Positions 1 through 10,064 of a DNA stretch of 64,000 nucleotides are shown piece after piece. Made by a program: the position numbers and the translations under genes. A model generated the notes under the pieces. The model saw nothing but the letters and a program-made list of their open reading frames with translations, did no database searches and was not told the DNA's origin. The stretch covers positions 16,021 to 80,020 of the forward strand of contig JALZUS010000027.1 in NCBI GenBank assembly GCA_023299885.1, given 5' to 3'. Source of the stretch: Bdellovibrionales bacterium. GTDB taxonomy: Bacteria; Bdellovibrionota; Bdellovibrionia; Bdellovibrionales; UBA1609. Position 1 is the first letter of the stretch, and the number at the start of each line of letters is the position of its first letter.

Positions 1-1757
1 AGCTTGTTGAAAACTCTATAGATGCTGGCGCTACCAATATTGAAATTGAATTTTCTCAAGGCGGTCGTTTTGTAAGAATAAAAGATAACGGCAGCGGCAT
101 GTCACCTGAAGATATTGAGAAATGCATTGAAAGGCATGCTACGAGTAAGATTATTAAATCTAATGACTTATGGTCGCTCAATAGTTTTGGTTTTCGGGGC
201 GAGGCTTTATCAAGTATTTCTTCAGTTTCAAAAATTACGATTCAATCAAAGCAAGAGTCCTCTGAAGGTGTTGGGCTAATTGTTCATCATGGTATTAAAG
301 AGAATATCACTAAGTCTTCATTAGGAGTGGGGACTCAGATTACTGTTGAAGAGCTTTTTAAGAATACTCCGGCGCGACTAAAGTTTTTAAAATCTGAGGC
401 TGCAGAGCACACACAAATAAAAAATATAATTAAAGGCATGGCGATATCTCATTACAAAATAGCTTTTAAAGTTATATGTAAAAATGAGCTTTTATATTTT
501 TGGAAATCAGCAAATTCTTTAAAAGAAAGAGTTTTAGACGTATTACATCAAAAAAACTTATACACAGGGTCTGGTGAAGCAGAAGGCTATAAAGCAAAAG
601 TTATTATCAGCGACCCAAAAAATACTTTTAAAACATCAAGAGAATTATGGTTTTACGTAAATGGAAGGCTTATTAAAGACAGAGGGTTGCAGGCTGCTGT
701 TATGGGAGCTTACAGAAGTTTATTGATGCATGGTGAATTCCCATTAGCTGTGGTTTGCTTGGAGCCACCACAAGGAGAGGTTGATGTTAATATTCATCCA
801 ACAAAATCTCAGGTTAAATTTCAAAATTCTTCTAATGCTTTTAGAGCTGTACATAGAGCCGTCCGCAGCGTTTTAGAGAGTGCACCTTGGTTGGGTGATG
901 TATTGCCGACTCAGTCAGTGTCTGTATCAAGGCCGGCAGTAGATCCTGCTGTGAACTCTGCAAGCGAAGTAGTTAACTATGCGCCAGTGCAAGTTTCGCA
1001 AAGCTTTTTAGGCGAGGCTTTTAGTAAAACTCAGTATAAGCAAAAAACAATAAATATGAACACCGAAGCCACTCCAAATGTACAGGCTTGGGCGGAGACT
1101 CCGTCTTTATCAGAAAAAGCGAGTGATCAGCTTTCAGAGTCTATGGTTGTAAAGGCTAAAGAGTCGCAGGCTAATAAATGGTCAAGCCTTCAAGTTATAG
1201 GGCAGGTAGATCTTACTTATATTATGGCGCAGTCAGATGAGGCTGTATTATTTATCGACCAACATGCAGCACATGAGAGAGTAGCTTACGAAACATTAGT
1301 TGAGCATTGGAGCAACGGAAGTATAGATGTACAAAACTTTCTAGTTCCTTTGACGGTAGAAGTTTCAGAAGAGGGTGCGCAGGCTATAGAGAACCAAAAG
1401 CAAGACTGGGAAAAGCTAGGGGTCTTTTTAGAAAGACTAGGAGTGAATAGTATTGCTATTAATGCGGCTCCACAATTACTAAAAGAAAAGGCACTTAAGA
1501 CAGTTATAAAAGAAACAGCAGAAGAGCTTATATCTAGTGGTGGCAGTTATAGTTTAGAAACTAAAATAAGAGATATTTGCGCTACGCTAGCTTGTCATTC
1601 TGTAGTCAGAGCTGGGCATTCATTAAGCTTATCAGAGATGGAGAGTTTATTAAAAGATATGGACCGCTTTCCTTTAAGTAGTTTTTGTCCGCATGGCCGC
1701 CCTGTATATATAAAGCAAAACTTTACTCAGCTTGAAAAAGAATTTGGACGTATTTAA
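1..1757 (+). CDS. mutL: DNA mismatch repair protein MutL, endonuclease type (N-terminus cut by window edge)
   Basis: The frame of ORF 99..1757 stays open back to base 3. The upstream codons read LVENSIDAGATNIEIEF..IKDNGSGM (GHKL ATPase boxes), followed by GFRGEAL. The C-terminal half carries DQHAAHERVAYE (MutL endonuclease motif DQHAx2Ex4E) and FCPHGRP. Confidence 0.95.
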   Translation, partial: LVENSIDAGATNIEIEFSQGGRFVRIKDNGSGMSPEDIEKCIERHATSKIIKSNDLWSLNSFGFRGEALSSISSVSKITIQSKQESSEGVGLIVHHGIKENITKSSLGVGTQITVEELFKNTPARLKFLKSEAAEHTQIKNIIKGMAISHYKIAFKVICKNELLYFWKSANSLKERVLDVLHQKNLYTGSGEAEGYKAKVIISDPKNTFKTSRELWFYVNGRLIKDRGLQAAVMGAYRSLLMHGEFPLAVVCLEPPQGEVDVNIHPTKSQVKFQNSSNAFRAVHRAVRSVLESAPWLGDVLPTQSVSVSRPAVDPAVNSASEVVNYAPVQVSQSFLGEAFSKTQYKQKTINMNTEATPNVQAWAETPSLSEKASDQLSESMVVKAKESQANKWSSLQVIGQVDLTYIMAQSDEAVLFIDQHAAHERVAYETLVEHWSNGSIDVQNFLVPLTVEVSEEGAQAIENQKQDWEKLGVFLERLGVNSIAINAAPQLLKEKALKTVIKETAEELISSGGSYSLETKIRDICATLACHSVVRAGHSLSLSEMESLLKDMDRFPLSSFCPHGRPVYIKQNFTQLEKEFGRI

Positions 1758-2684
1758 TTGAAACCACTTAAGCCTGTTATTTTTTTTGTAGGTTCTACAG
1801 CGACTGGTAAAAGTGACCTAGCTTTAGCTTTGGCAAAAAAACATCAATCATTACTAGTTAATGGTGATAGTCTGCAGTTTTATAAAGAGCTTAATATAGG
1901 AACGGCAAAGCCAGGCAGAGAAACTATGTCTTCTTATCCTCATTATTTATTTGATGATGTGGGTGCACCGGAAGTTATGACTGCAGGTAAATATAGGGAT
2001 AAAGCTATAGAGTTAATAGAGCAGCATAGGGCCAGCCAACCTGTTTATATTGTAGGTGGTAGTGGTTTTTATATTCAAGCTGTAGATCAGGGTATGTATG
2101 ATGTGCCAAGAATTCCAGAAGAAATAAATAAGTCTTTAGAGGACGAGTTTTTAGAAAAACCACTCTCAGTTTTTTTTACAGAGCTTAAAGATAAAGACCC
2201 AAGCTACGCTCAACAAATTAGTTCAGAAGATAAGTACAGGATATTTAGAGCTATTAATTTAATTAGATATTTAGATAAGCCAATGTCTAAAATAAAAGAA
2301 GAGTTCTCATCAAAGCCACTTATTGGCCCCAAGTTAAAGATTGGGCTTGTTTTAGAAAAAGAAAAGCTAAGGTTAAAAGTTAAAAAGCGAGCTCAACTTA
2401 TGATTGAAACCGGGCTCATTTTAGAGGTTAAATCATTATTAGAAAAAGGTTTGGAGTCTTGGCCGCCGCTTAGGAGCGTAGGTTATAAGGAGACAGTTTC
2501 TCATATTAAAGGTGAAATTACAGAAGATGAGTTGCTAGAAAAAATAGTCACCAGTACTATGCAGTTAGCTAAAAAACAAAAGACTTGGTTTAAGCGGGAT
2601 AAAGAAATTCAGTGGTTTGATCCTGAAAATCAAAAACAAGAAATTACAGACCTTGTAGAAGATTTTCACCAGAAGAGTTGCTAA
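1758..2684 (+). CDS. miaA: tRNA dimethylallyltransferase MiaA
   Basis: TTG start directly after the mutL stop. P-loop GSTATGKS is present. Length of 308 aa and the conserved mutL-miaA linkage fit MiaA. Confidence 0.9.
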   Translation: MKPLKPVIFFVGSTATGKSDLALALAKKHQSLLVNGDSLQFYKELNIGTAKPGRETMSSYPHYLFDDVGAPEVMTAGKYRDKAIELIEQHRASQPVYIVGGSGFYIQAVDQGMYDVPRIPEEINKSLEDEFLEKPLSVFFTELKDKDPSYAQQISSEDKYRIFRAINLIRYLDKPMSKIKEEFSSKPLIGPKLKIGLVLEKEKLRLKVKKRAQLMIETGLILEVKSLLEKGLESWPPLRSVGYKETVSHIKGEITEDELLEKIVTSTMQLAKKQKTWFKRDKEIQWFDPENQKQEITDLVEDFHQKSC

Positions 2685-2711
2685 TTTATAAAAAGTCCAC
2701 ATAATACATAT

Positions 2712-3590
2712 ATGGATAGTATGACAGGTTATGGGTCCTCGGTTGGGGATATTGGCCCTTATAATATTGATTTAAAAATTAAAAGTTTAAATAGTAGATA
2801 TTTAGACATTAAAATTCATTGCCCTTATGAGTTTTCTGAATTTGAAATAGAGCTTAAAAAAAAGATTCAAAAAAAAATAGCACGCGGTAAAGTTGATGTT
2901 TATATAAACAAAAAACTAAACGAGCTTGATGCTTCTGTGTTTTCTGTGAATTCTTCAGCAGCTCAATTTTGGAATCAAACATTTAATAAGTTAAAAAAGA
3001 GCTCAGGGTTATCTGGAGAGCCTTCTACAGAATGGCTTTTGCGCCAAGAAGGCGTTGTAGTTTCTAAAACAGGAAAGCTTCAAGCTAAAAACAAAAAAGA
3101 GTTAATGGTAATGTTTGATTCGGCATTAATGAAGTTGGTTTCAACGCGATCAAAAGAAGGCTTGTCTTTAAAAAAGTTTGTAACAGCTCAGTTAAAAGAC
3201 CTTAATAAGGGCTTGGCTGGGGTCAAACAAAAGCAAAAGAAAAGAACAAATCCTAAAGCCACTCAAGATAAAATTAGTAAAAAGTGGAGCGCTATAAATA
3301 AAGATATTGCTCTAGATGAAAATAGGCTGGCTCAAGAAGTAGTAGCTTATATAGACAGAATGGATATCAGTGAAGAGATTAGTCGACTTGATGAGCATAT
3401 TAAGCAAATGCTTAAATTATGTGTAACTAAGGGGCCAAAAGGAAAGAAACTAGATTTTTACTGCCAAGAGCTTTTTAGAGAAGTGAATACAATAGGATCT
3501 AAAGCTAATGATTCTAGCTTGACTGTTTGGGTGGTTGAGGCCAAAAACATAATAGAAAAACTAAGAGAACAGGCGCAAAATATACAATGA
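2712..3590 (+). CDS. yicC: YicC-family stress-induced protein (YicC N-terminal + DUF1732-like C-terminus)
   Basis: MTGYG N-terminus and a C-terminal DISEEISRLDEH segment typical of the YicC family. It sits in the conserved yicC-gmk-rpoZ order. The start could instead be the ATG at 2721. Confidence 0.8.
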   Translation: MDSMTGYGSSVGDIGPYNIDLKIKSLNSRYLDIKIHCPYEFSEFEIELKKKIQKKIARGKVDVYINKKLNELDASVFSVNSSAAQFWNQTFNKLKKSSGLSGEPSTEWLLRQEGVVVSKTGKLQAKNKKELMVMFDSALMKLVSTRSKEGLSLKKFVTAQLKDLNKGLAGVKQKQKKRTNPKATQDKISKKWSAINKDIALDENRLAQEVVAYIDRMDISEEISRLDEHIKQMLKLCVTKGPKGKKLDFYCQELFREVNTIGSKANDSSLTVWVVEAKNIIEKLREQAQNIQ

Positions 3591-4156
3591 AGAATATGAT
3601 CATTTTAGTAGTGGGTCCAAGTGGAGCGGGGAAATCAAGTTTCTTGCGCAAAATTGCTACGGAAAGTGAAAGTGGGGTTCATGAGCTTGTGAGTTGTACG
3701 ACTCGTAAAATGAGAGCTGGAGAAAGCCAAGGCGACCCTTATTTCTTTATGGACCAATCTGAATTTATGGATAAGTGTGAAAAGGGCTACTTTGTTGAGT
3801 GGGCTCAGGTCCATGATAGGTTCTACGGATCTCCTAAAAATGGCTTATCTGATGCTTGGGACAAGGGCCATGTATTAATTACTGATGTTGATACAGTGGG
3901 TGCTAAGGTTTACATGGAGCAATATCCAGAAGAGGCTAAAACTATATTTATTATGCCTCCCTCTATAGAGGATCTAAGGGAAAGAGTCCTTAAAAGAGAC
4001 CCCAAGTCTGCCGCTGACCTAGACCTTAGGATGCATAATGCTAAGGCTGAGATGGATCAGGCTATTGATTTTCATACAGTAATAATTAATGATAACTTCG
4101 AAAAATCATATGAAGAGTTCAGGTCCACAATAGCGTCTTGGATAGATTGCCGATAA
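3587..4156 (+). CDS. gmk: guanylate kinase
   Basis: P-loop GPSGAGKSS and CTTRKMRAGESQGDPYFF. ATGA overlap with the yicC stop. Confidence 0.93.
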   Translation: MKNMIILVVGPSGAGKSSFLRKIATESESGVHELVSCTTRKMRAGESQGDPYFFMDQSEFMDKCEKGYFVEWAQVHDRFYGSPKNGLSDAWDKGHVLITDVDTVGAKVYMEQYPEEAKTIFIMPPSIEDLRERVLKRDPKSAADLDLRMHNAKAEMDQAIDFHTVIINDNFEKSYEEFRSTIASWIDCR

Positions 4157-4266
4157 AATAAAACTGATTTTGTGCTGGACTATGGCTGACGCGTGGCGTA
4201 AGCTGCTCTAGAAATTAGCTAGTAATTTTAGTAGCTTAATCGCTTAGTTTACTTAAGGAGAAGCCC

Positions 4267-4506
4267 ATGGCTCGCGTTACCGTAGAAGATTGTTTAGATA
4301 AAGTAGATAGCCGATTTGCATTAGTATTGTTGGTATCTAAGCGTGCTAAGCAACTTATGAAGGGTTTTGCCCCGACTAAAGCCGTGCGTCCTGAAAATAA
4401 GTTTATTGTTAATGCCTTAAGAGAAGTTGCCGATAATAAAGTAAGATTTAGTCACACAAATTCTGCTGGTCGAATGGCCGAGATAGAATCAGATCTTAAT
4501 AAATAA
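4267..4506 (+). CDS. rpoZ: DNA-directed RNA polymerase subunit omega
   Basis: 79 aa. [25 protein letters not shown] is the canonical omega N-terminus. AAGGAG lies 6 nt upstream of the ATG. Confidence 0.93.
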   Translation: MARVTVEDCLDKVDSRFALVLLVSKRAKQLMKGFAPTKAVRPENKFIVNALREVADNKVRFSHTNSAGRMAEIESDLNK

Positions 4507-4597
4507 GATTTCTTGTTGTTGCGGCTAAACCTAGTGCCTTAGGTTATGTTTGCTCCTTAAAGCTCTAGTTAATTTACTGCGAACTTAAGAGAGTCTT

Positions 4598-6790
4598 TTG
4601 GCCAAAGAAAATAAAATCCAAATCACTATTGAAGAGCTCCTAGAGAGCCTTAAAGAGTCATACTCTCAAAATGATATCGATAACTTAAAAAGAGCCTATG
4701 AGTTTTCTAAAAATGCTCATGAGGGGCAGATGCGCCGAAGCGGCGAGCCTTACATTACTCATCCAGTAGGGGTGACATCAATACTTTCAAGCCTCAATTT
4801 AGATTATGCAACGCTGGCAACAGGTTTGCTGCATGACACTGTCGAAGACACAGAAGTTACCCTAGAGGATATAGAAAAAAACTTTGGTGAGGTGGTAGCA
4901 CACTTAGTGGATGGTGTTACTAAAATTAGTCAAATGACCTTTAAGCATACTCATGAAAAACAAGGTGAGAATATTCGCAAAATGATTGTGGCTATGGGTA
5001 AAGATGTGAGAGTCGTTTTAGTTAAATTAGCTGATAGGCTTCATAATATGAGGACCTTAACTCATATGCCTTATGATAAACAAAAAGTTAAGGCGAGAGA
5101 AACTTTAGATATATATGCGCCTCTTGCTGGTCGCTTAGGGATGTCCTCTATAAAAACAGAGCTTGAAGATTTAGGCTTTAGGTATTGTGAGCCTGAGCGT
5201 TTTTATGAGCTTGTGCAACAAGTCGATCAGAAAAAGACAGAGCGAGAGCAATACATTGAAGATGCAAAAAAACAGCTTCAAGAGCAAATCGCCAGTAAAG
5301 TTAATTTTGAATTTGATGTTTCGGGCCGACCTAAGCATTTGTTTTCAATTTATAAAAAAATGATAAGCCGTAATGTTGATTATGATCAAGTGTATGATAT
5401 TTTGGCTTTTAGAATTATCGTAAATACTGTACCTCAGTGTTATGAAGCTTTAGGTATTGTCCATACTCTTTTTAAGCCTATTCCAGGGCGCTTTAAAGAC
5501 TTTGTTGCAATGGCAAAAACAAATAATTATCAAAGTTTGCATACAACACTTATTGGCCCTAAAGGTAAGCGTATAGAGGTGCAAATTAGAACAAGCGAAA
5601 TGCATAAAATTGCAGAGCTAGGTATTGCAGCCCATTGGCGCTATAAAGAAGAAAGTCGTGGTGGAAGCTCTGTTAATGATGAAGCTGTAGGTAAGTTTAA
5701 CTGGCTTAGAGATTTAGTGAGTTTACATCAGCAGACAGAAGGCTCAGATGAGTTTTTAGAGACAGTCAAAAAAGATTTATTAGATTCAGAAATTTATATA
5801 TTTACGCCAAAAGGTGATGTTAAAGAGTTTCCTGAAGGGGCAACTCCTATAGATTTTGCTTACTCTGTACATACAGATTTGGGGAGTAAAGTTGTAGCGG
5901 CAAGAATTAATGGCCGCATGGTTCCTTTAAAGTATAAAATGCAAAACGGGGATACCGTTGAAGTTTTAACAAGTAAAACTCAGAAGCCTTCTAAAGATTG
6001 GTTGAAGTTTTGTGTAACGGGTAAAGCTAAATCTAAAATTAGAACCTTTGTTAAGTCAGAGCAGCGTCAAAAAGCTATGGAAATAGGTAAAGATTTACTA
6101 GAACGCTACTTCAGGAAAGAAGGGGCTTCTTTGTCTAGGTTTACTGGGACCACAGAATTTAAAGAGTATCTAAAAAGCCAAGGTTGTGGATCTATAGAAG
6201 AGCTTCATGTGTTGGTGGGGTACGGTAAGCTCACTAGTAAAATAGTATTTAAAGAAGTGGCACAAGTCGAAGAGCCTGAGCAGCCAAGTGCAGCAAGCTT
6301 TATAGAGAACGCTGTAAAAACTGTAACACAAAAGCTAAAGCCTAAAGGCTCATTAGTTAAAGTGGGCGGCATGGATGACTTATTAGTTAACTTTGGTAAG
6401 TGCTGTAAGCCTATTCCTGGTGATTCTATCATGGGTTATATATCTAGAGGGCGTGGTATTATTATTCATCAAGCAGAGTGTGAAAAAACCTTTGAGCTTG
6501 ATAAAGATAGACGTATTGATGTTGAGTGGAATAAGACGGGCGCTAATAATAATGAGAAGCGCGTAGTAACAATTAAAATTGTCAGCTTAGATACTCAGGG
6601 GCTTTTAAAGCAAATGACAGATACGATTACTACAAATGGCGCTAATATTATGAAGGCTGACATCAAAACAACAAGAGACCGCAGAGGTGTGTGTGTGTTT
6701 GACGTAGAAGTGCGTGATGTCCAGCAGCTCAATGCGCTAATTACAGCTCTTAATAAGTTAAAAGGTATGATCTCCGTACAACGCCTTTAG
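4598..6790 (+). CDS. spoT: bifunctional (p)ppGpp synthetase/hydrolase (RelA/SpoT homologue)
   Basis: 730 aa with a TTG start. HD hydrolase motif (LLHDTVEDT) and synthetase region (RPKHLFSIYKKM, YQSLHTT). TGS-like and C-terminal ACT-like segments are present. Position downstream of rpoZ is conserved. Confidence 0.93.
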   Translation: MAKENKIQITIEELLESLKESYSQNDIDNLKRAYEFSKNAHEGQMRRSGEPYITHPVGVTSILSSLNLDYATLATGLLHDTVEDTEVTLEDIEKNFGEVVAHLVDGVTKISQMTFKHTHEKQGENIRKMIVAMGKDVRVVLVKLADRLHNMRTLTHMPYDKQKVKARETLDIYAPLAGRLGMSSIKTELEDLGFRYCEPERFYELVQQVDQKKTEREQYIEDAKKQLQEQIASKVNFEFDVSGRPKHLFSIYKKMISRNVDYDQVYDILAFRIIVNTVPQCYEALGIVHTLFKPIPGRFKDFVAMAKTNNYQSLHTTLIGPKGKRIEVQIRTSEMHKIAELGIAAHWRYKEESRGGSSVNDEAVGKFNWLRDLVSLHQQTEGSDEFLETVKKDLLDSEIYIFTPKGDVKEFPEGATPIDFAYSVHTDLGSKVVAARINGRMVPLKYKMQNGDTVEVLTSKTQKPSKDWLKFCVTGKAKSKIRTFVKSEQRQKAMEIGKDLLERYFRKEGASLSRFTGTTEFKEYLKSQGCGSIEELHVLVGYGKLTSKIVFKEVAQVEEPEQPSAASFIENAVKTVTQKLKPKGSLVKVGGMDDLLVNFGKCCKPIPGDSIMGYISRGRGIIIHQAECEKTFELDKDRRIDVEWNKTGANNNEKRVVTIKIVSLDTQGLLKQMTDTITTNGANIMKADIKTTRDRRGVCVFDVEVRDVQQLNALITALNKLKGMISVQRL

Positions 6791-6816
6791 GTGCTAGACA
6801 CTTAGAATGCAGATGC

Positions 6817-7230
6817 CTAAAAAGGAAAAGGAATTAAATCCTTGAGAGTTGTCTCTGCTATAAGTCCTCTGTGGCTGTCGCAAATAAAAACTTTTGCATC
6901 TAGTGGGCCAAATTCACTGAGCATTTGTCTGCATATTCCACAAGGTGCAATAGTTTGGTTATCAGTCGTACTCATAACTAATAGTGTTTCAATTTTACAT
7001 TCACCTGTGCGCTTAATGATATCAGTTAAAGCTGTGCGCTCAGCACAAATGGTAGCTCCGTTGCTTCTGTTTTCTACATTACAGCCTGTATAAATAGTTT
7101 CATCATTAATAAGTTTAATAGAGGCGCCTACTTTAAATTTAGAATAGGGAGCATAAGCATTTTTTTGAGAGTTTAAGGCTGCAGAAAACATTTTATCAAA
7201 AAGTGTTTTATCGATTGAAGGTTTATTCAT
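6817..7230 (-). CDS. cdd: cytidine deaminase
   Basis: Zinc motifs CAERTA and PCGICRQ. The ATG at 7230 gives MNKPSIDK. This ATG is embedded in ATGAATAA, which also holds the stop of the upstream gene (8-nt overlap). The longest ORF runs to 7254. Confidence 0.88.
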   Translation of the reverse strand: MNKPSIDKTLFDKMFSAALNSQKNAYAPYSKFKVGASIKLINDETIYTGCNVENRSNGATICAERTALTDIIKRTGECKIETLLVMSTTDNQTIAPCGICRQMLSEFGPLDAKVFICDSHRGLIAETTLKDLIPFPF

Positions 7231-7705
7231 GCTCACACCTGGCGGCCTTTCCACCTTCTACATGCTCAAGCTTTTTAGTAGTTTCGTTGTAAACACACAT
7301 ATGTTCAATTTTTGGTTTATAAATATGAAGAGTAGTTGTTGGATTATCTCCGCTAGTCATAGAGTGAAAATTTACTGGGGTAATATCAAGGCAAGTTTTT
7401 TCAGGGAAAGTATTGCTATCGAGCAGCTCCATATTGGAGCCATCAAATTTAAAATGTCGTTCTAAAATTTCACCTTCTACAACGAGAACTTTGCCATGCG
7501 ACTCTCCATGGTTATGAATATGTGAGCCTTGATTAGGCTTCCAGTAAGTTAAAATAACTTCTCTTTCGCTGCTAAGGTGGAGCGTTTTTTTAATGTAAGG
7601 CTCTGTTGAAGAGGCCATCTCTTTTTTAAGGGCCTCAAGTTCTTCGGGAACCTGATTAAGTTCAAATTGAGAGATAGTTTCTGTACAGAGTTCGCTAATT
7701 TGCAT
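7223..7705 (-). CDS. cupin-fold protein, bacterial type I cysteine dioxygenase-like
   Basis: Metal motif SHIHNHGESHGKVLVVEGEI and a later FHSM..LHIYKP segment. These are colinear with about 160-aa bacterial CDO proteins as I recall them. ATG at 7705 is preferred over the TTG at 7747. Confidence 0.6.
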   Translation of the reverse strand: MQISELCTETISQFELNQVPEELEALKKEMASSTEPYIKKTLHLSSEREVILTYWKPNQGSHIHNHGESHGKVLVVEGEILERHFKFDGSNMELLDSNTFPEKTCLDITPVNFHSMTSGDNPTTTLHIYKPKIEHMCVYNETTKKLEHVEGGKAARCEHE

Positions 7706-7849
7706 TCGAGAATAGTAGCATAAAATTGAGAAAGTTCGATAACGCAAGGATAGAAAGCCTATTAAGTAGGCTAAAAAGCCTATAATTAACTCAGTCTAGG
7801 CTGAGGCCCCTTTCTTGATAATCTATTATGTCGATGTACCATTAAGGTT

Positions 7850-9046
7850 ATGAAATTTGGACTGGATCGTTTTTTTGAAGAAAAAGAATATATTAATAGC
7901 TTAAAAGGCAAAAAGCTCTCTTTGGTACTTCATCCGGCATCAACAAACAAAGCTATGGATCATGCATTAGACTTATTTGTGGACCACCCAGAGCTAGATG
8001 TTGTCAGTGCTTTTGGGCCTCAGCACGGTGTCTTTGGTGAGAAGCAAGATAATATGATTGAAAGTGAAAGCATTGTGCATCCTCAATATAAAATTCCAGT
8101 ATGGAGTTTGTATGGGGAGCATAGAAAGCCTACGGCAGAAATGATGCAGGGTTTTGATGTTTTGATTTTTGATTTACAGGATGTAGGTTGCAGAATCTAC
8201 ACTTATCTTACAACTTTAGTTTATTTGATTGATGCAGCAGTAAAGCATAATAAAAAAGTTATTGTCCTTGATAGGCCTAACCCGGCAGGGCGGCATATAG
8301 AGGGGACTTATTTAAAGCCTGATTACAAAACTTTTGTAGGCGCTTTGCCAATACCTATGCGCCACGGTCTTACTTTAGGTGAAGCTGGAAACTATTATAT
8401 TAAAGCTAATAACTTGGGTTGTGATTATGAGGTAGTGACTATCTCTAATTATAAAAAACATTTTGATTTGGGTTGGGACATTAATGATAGAGCTTGGGTT
8501 AATCCAAGCCCTAATATCCCTTGTTGGAGCTCTACTCATCCTTTTATTGGTACAGTACTTATTGAAGGGACTCATCTGTCTGAAGGGCGTGGGACGACTA
8601 GGCCTCTTGAAGTTTTTGGTGCTCCAGGTTTAGACCATAAAAAAATACTTAAAAAAATGAAAGAGCTTAAGCCTGAATATTTAGAGGGTGTCTTGATTAG
8701 GCACTGTTACTTTGAGCCTACATTTCAAAAACACAAAGGTCATATTTGTGAGGGTTTGCAGCTTCATACTGATGATAGCCAGTTTAATCCAAAAAAGTTT
8801 AAGCCTTACAGGTTAATAGCTTTATATTTAAAAACTGTGCATAGTCTTTACCCGGAATACGATATCTTTAAAGAGCCACCTTATGAGTACGAAAAAATAT
8901 TAAAACCATTTGATATGCTAAGCGGAAGTCATTTTTTAAGAGAGTGGGTGTTGGATTCTGATTCAACAATAGATCAGTTAGAATCTATTTTAAAAGCTGA
9001 TGAAGAAAAGTGGGATAAAGAAAGAAAAGCCTACTTACTTTACTAA
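7850..9046 (+). CDS. DUF1343 / NamZ-family exo-beta-N-acetylmuramidase-like protein
   Basis: The blocks LVLHPAS, FGPQHGVFG, WSLYGEHRKPT and FDLQDVGCRIYTY match the conserved blocks of the DUF1343 family as I recall them. Confidence 0.75.
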   Translation: MKFGLDRFFEEKEYINSLKGKKLSLVLHPASTNKAMDHALDLFVDHPELDVVSAFGPQHGVFGEKQDNMIESESIVHPQYKIPVWSLYGEHRKPTAEMMQGFDVLIFDLQDVGCRIYTYLTTLVYLIDAAVKHNKKVIVLDRPNPAGRHIEGTYLKPDYKTFVGALPIPMRHGLTLGEAGNYYIKANNLGCDYEVVTISNYKKHFDLGWDINDRAWVNPSPNIPCWSSTHPFIGTVLIEGTHLSEGRGTTRPLEVFGAPGLDHKKILKKMKELKPEYLEGVLIRHCYFEPTFQKHKGHICEGLQLHTDDSQFNPKKFKPYRLIALYLKTVHSLYPEYDIFKEPPYEYEKILKPFDMLSGSHFLREWVLDSDSTIDQLESILKADEEKWDKERKAYLLY

Positions 9047-9066
9047 GTAGGCTTTGTTGTTTTTAA
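9029..9066. terminator. bidirectional rho-independent terminator between convergent NamZ-like and grxC genes
   Basis: Perfect 9-bp stem: GCCTACTTA (9029-9037) pairs with TAAGTAGGC (9044-9052), loop CTTTAC. A T-rich run follows on the + strand, and the A-rich run 9020-9028 gives a T-run on the - strand. The hairpin includes the NamZ-like stop codon. Confidence 0.7.
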
Positions 9067-9067
9067 T

Positions 9068-9322
9068 TTAGGCTTGTAAAAGTTTATCAAGCTCGCCAGA
9101 GTTGTTGGCTGTAGAGAGTTCTTGAAAGCCTCCTACTAATTTGTCATTGATGAAAATTTGCGGAACAGTCTTCATTCCTGATTTTTTCTTAAGCTCTTCA
9201 AATTTTTCATCATGGCCATCAAGGTTGATTTCTTCAAACTCAACGCCTTTTTCTTTAAGAAGTCTTTTTGCTCTTACGCAATAAGGACAAACTGTCCATG
9301 TGTAAATTGTTACTTTAGCCAT
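9068..9322 (-). CDS. grxC: glutaredoxin 3
   Basis: 84 aa. CPYC active site, TVPQIFI and GGFQEL motifs. Confidence 0.92.
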   Translation of the reverse strand: MAKVTIYTWTVCPYCVRAKRLLKEKGVEFEEINLDGHDEKFEELKKKSGMKTVPQIFINDKLVGGFQELSTANNSGELDKLLQA

Positions 9323-9398
9323 ACTTGCTCCTAGGTTAGGTTTATATAGAGTTATTCATTTTCTTATTATATGCTTACAATAGCAAGTGAGATGAATA

Positions 9399-10064
9399 AT
9401 GAAGTGTACCTTATGCGAGTCTAGCAAAATTAAAGAGTTTTTTCAGGTTAAAGAAAAAGCTTATGGGCAATATATAAGCAAACTTTATTATCACTGTGAT
9501 GAGTGTCAGTTAATTTTTTTAGATCCAGAGCTACACTTAAACAGTAAAGATGAAAAAGCCAGGTACGATACTCATGAAAATAATATCGAAAACGAAAAGT
9601 ATAAAGAGTTTTTACTGCAATCTTGGACGCCTTTAAAAGCATTATTAGATAGAGCTGATAAAACTAAAAAGACTGGCCTGGACTTTGGCTGTGGGCCAAG
9701 CCCAGTTTTAGCAGGGCTTGTTGGTGCCACTTACCCTTGTAAAAAGTACGACCCCTACTTTTTTAATAATAAAGAGTTGCTCACCTATAACTATGATTTT
9801 GTGTTATCAACAGAGGTTTTTGAGCACTTTAATAGTCCTAAAGAAAGTATAGAAAAAGTAATAAGTTTATTAAAGAGCGGAGCTTATTTATCTGTAATGA
9901 CTTCGTTTTTTCACAAAGGCATAGACTTTAAAAACTGGCGATATAGGCAAGATCAGACTCATGTTTGTTTTTATTCAGAGTCTACTATTGAGTGGATAGC
10001 CAAAAAGTATAGTTTAGATATTATTTATATTGCTAACCCAGTTGTTATATTTAAAAAGATATAA
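9399..10064 (+). CDS. class I SAM-dependent methyltransferase with N-terminal CxxC..CxxC zinc-ribbon-like element
   Basis: SAM motif I GLDFGCGPSP. The N-terminus has CTLC ... CDEC. 221 aa. Confidence 0.7.
   Translation: MKCTLCESSKIKEFFQVKEKAYGQYISKLYYHCDECQLIFLDPELHLNSKDEKARYDTHENNIENEKYKEFLLQSWTPLKALLDRADKTKKTGLDFGCGPSPVLAGLVGATYPCKKYDPYFFNNKELLTYNYDFVLSTEVFEHFNSPKESIEKVISLLKSGAYLSVMTSFFHKGIDFKNWRYRQDQTHVCFYSESTIEWIAKKYSLDIIYIANPVVIFKKI

Noticed and set aside
6205-7465. Shadow ORFs 6205-6432(-), 6842-7093(+) and 7229-7465(+)
   Set aside because: They are antisense to spoT, cdd and the cupin gene respectively. Those genes carry clear catalytic motifs.
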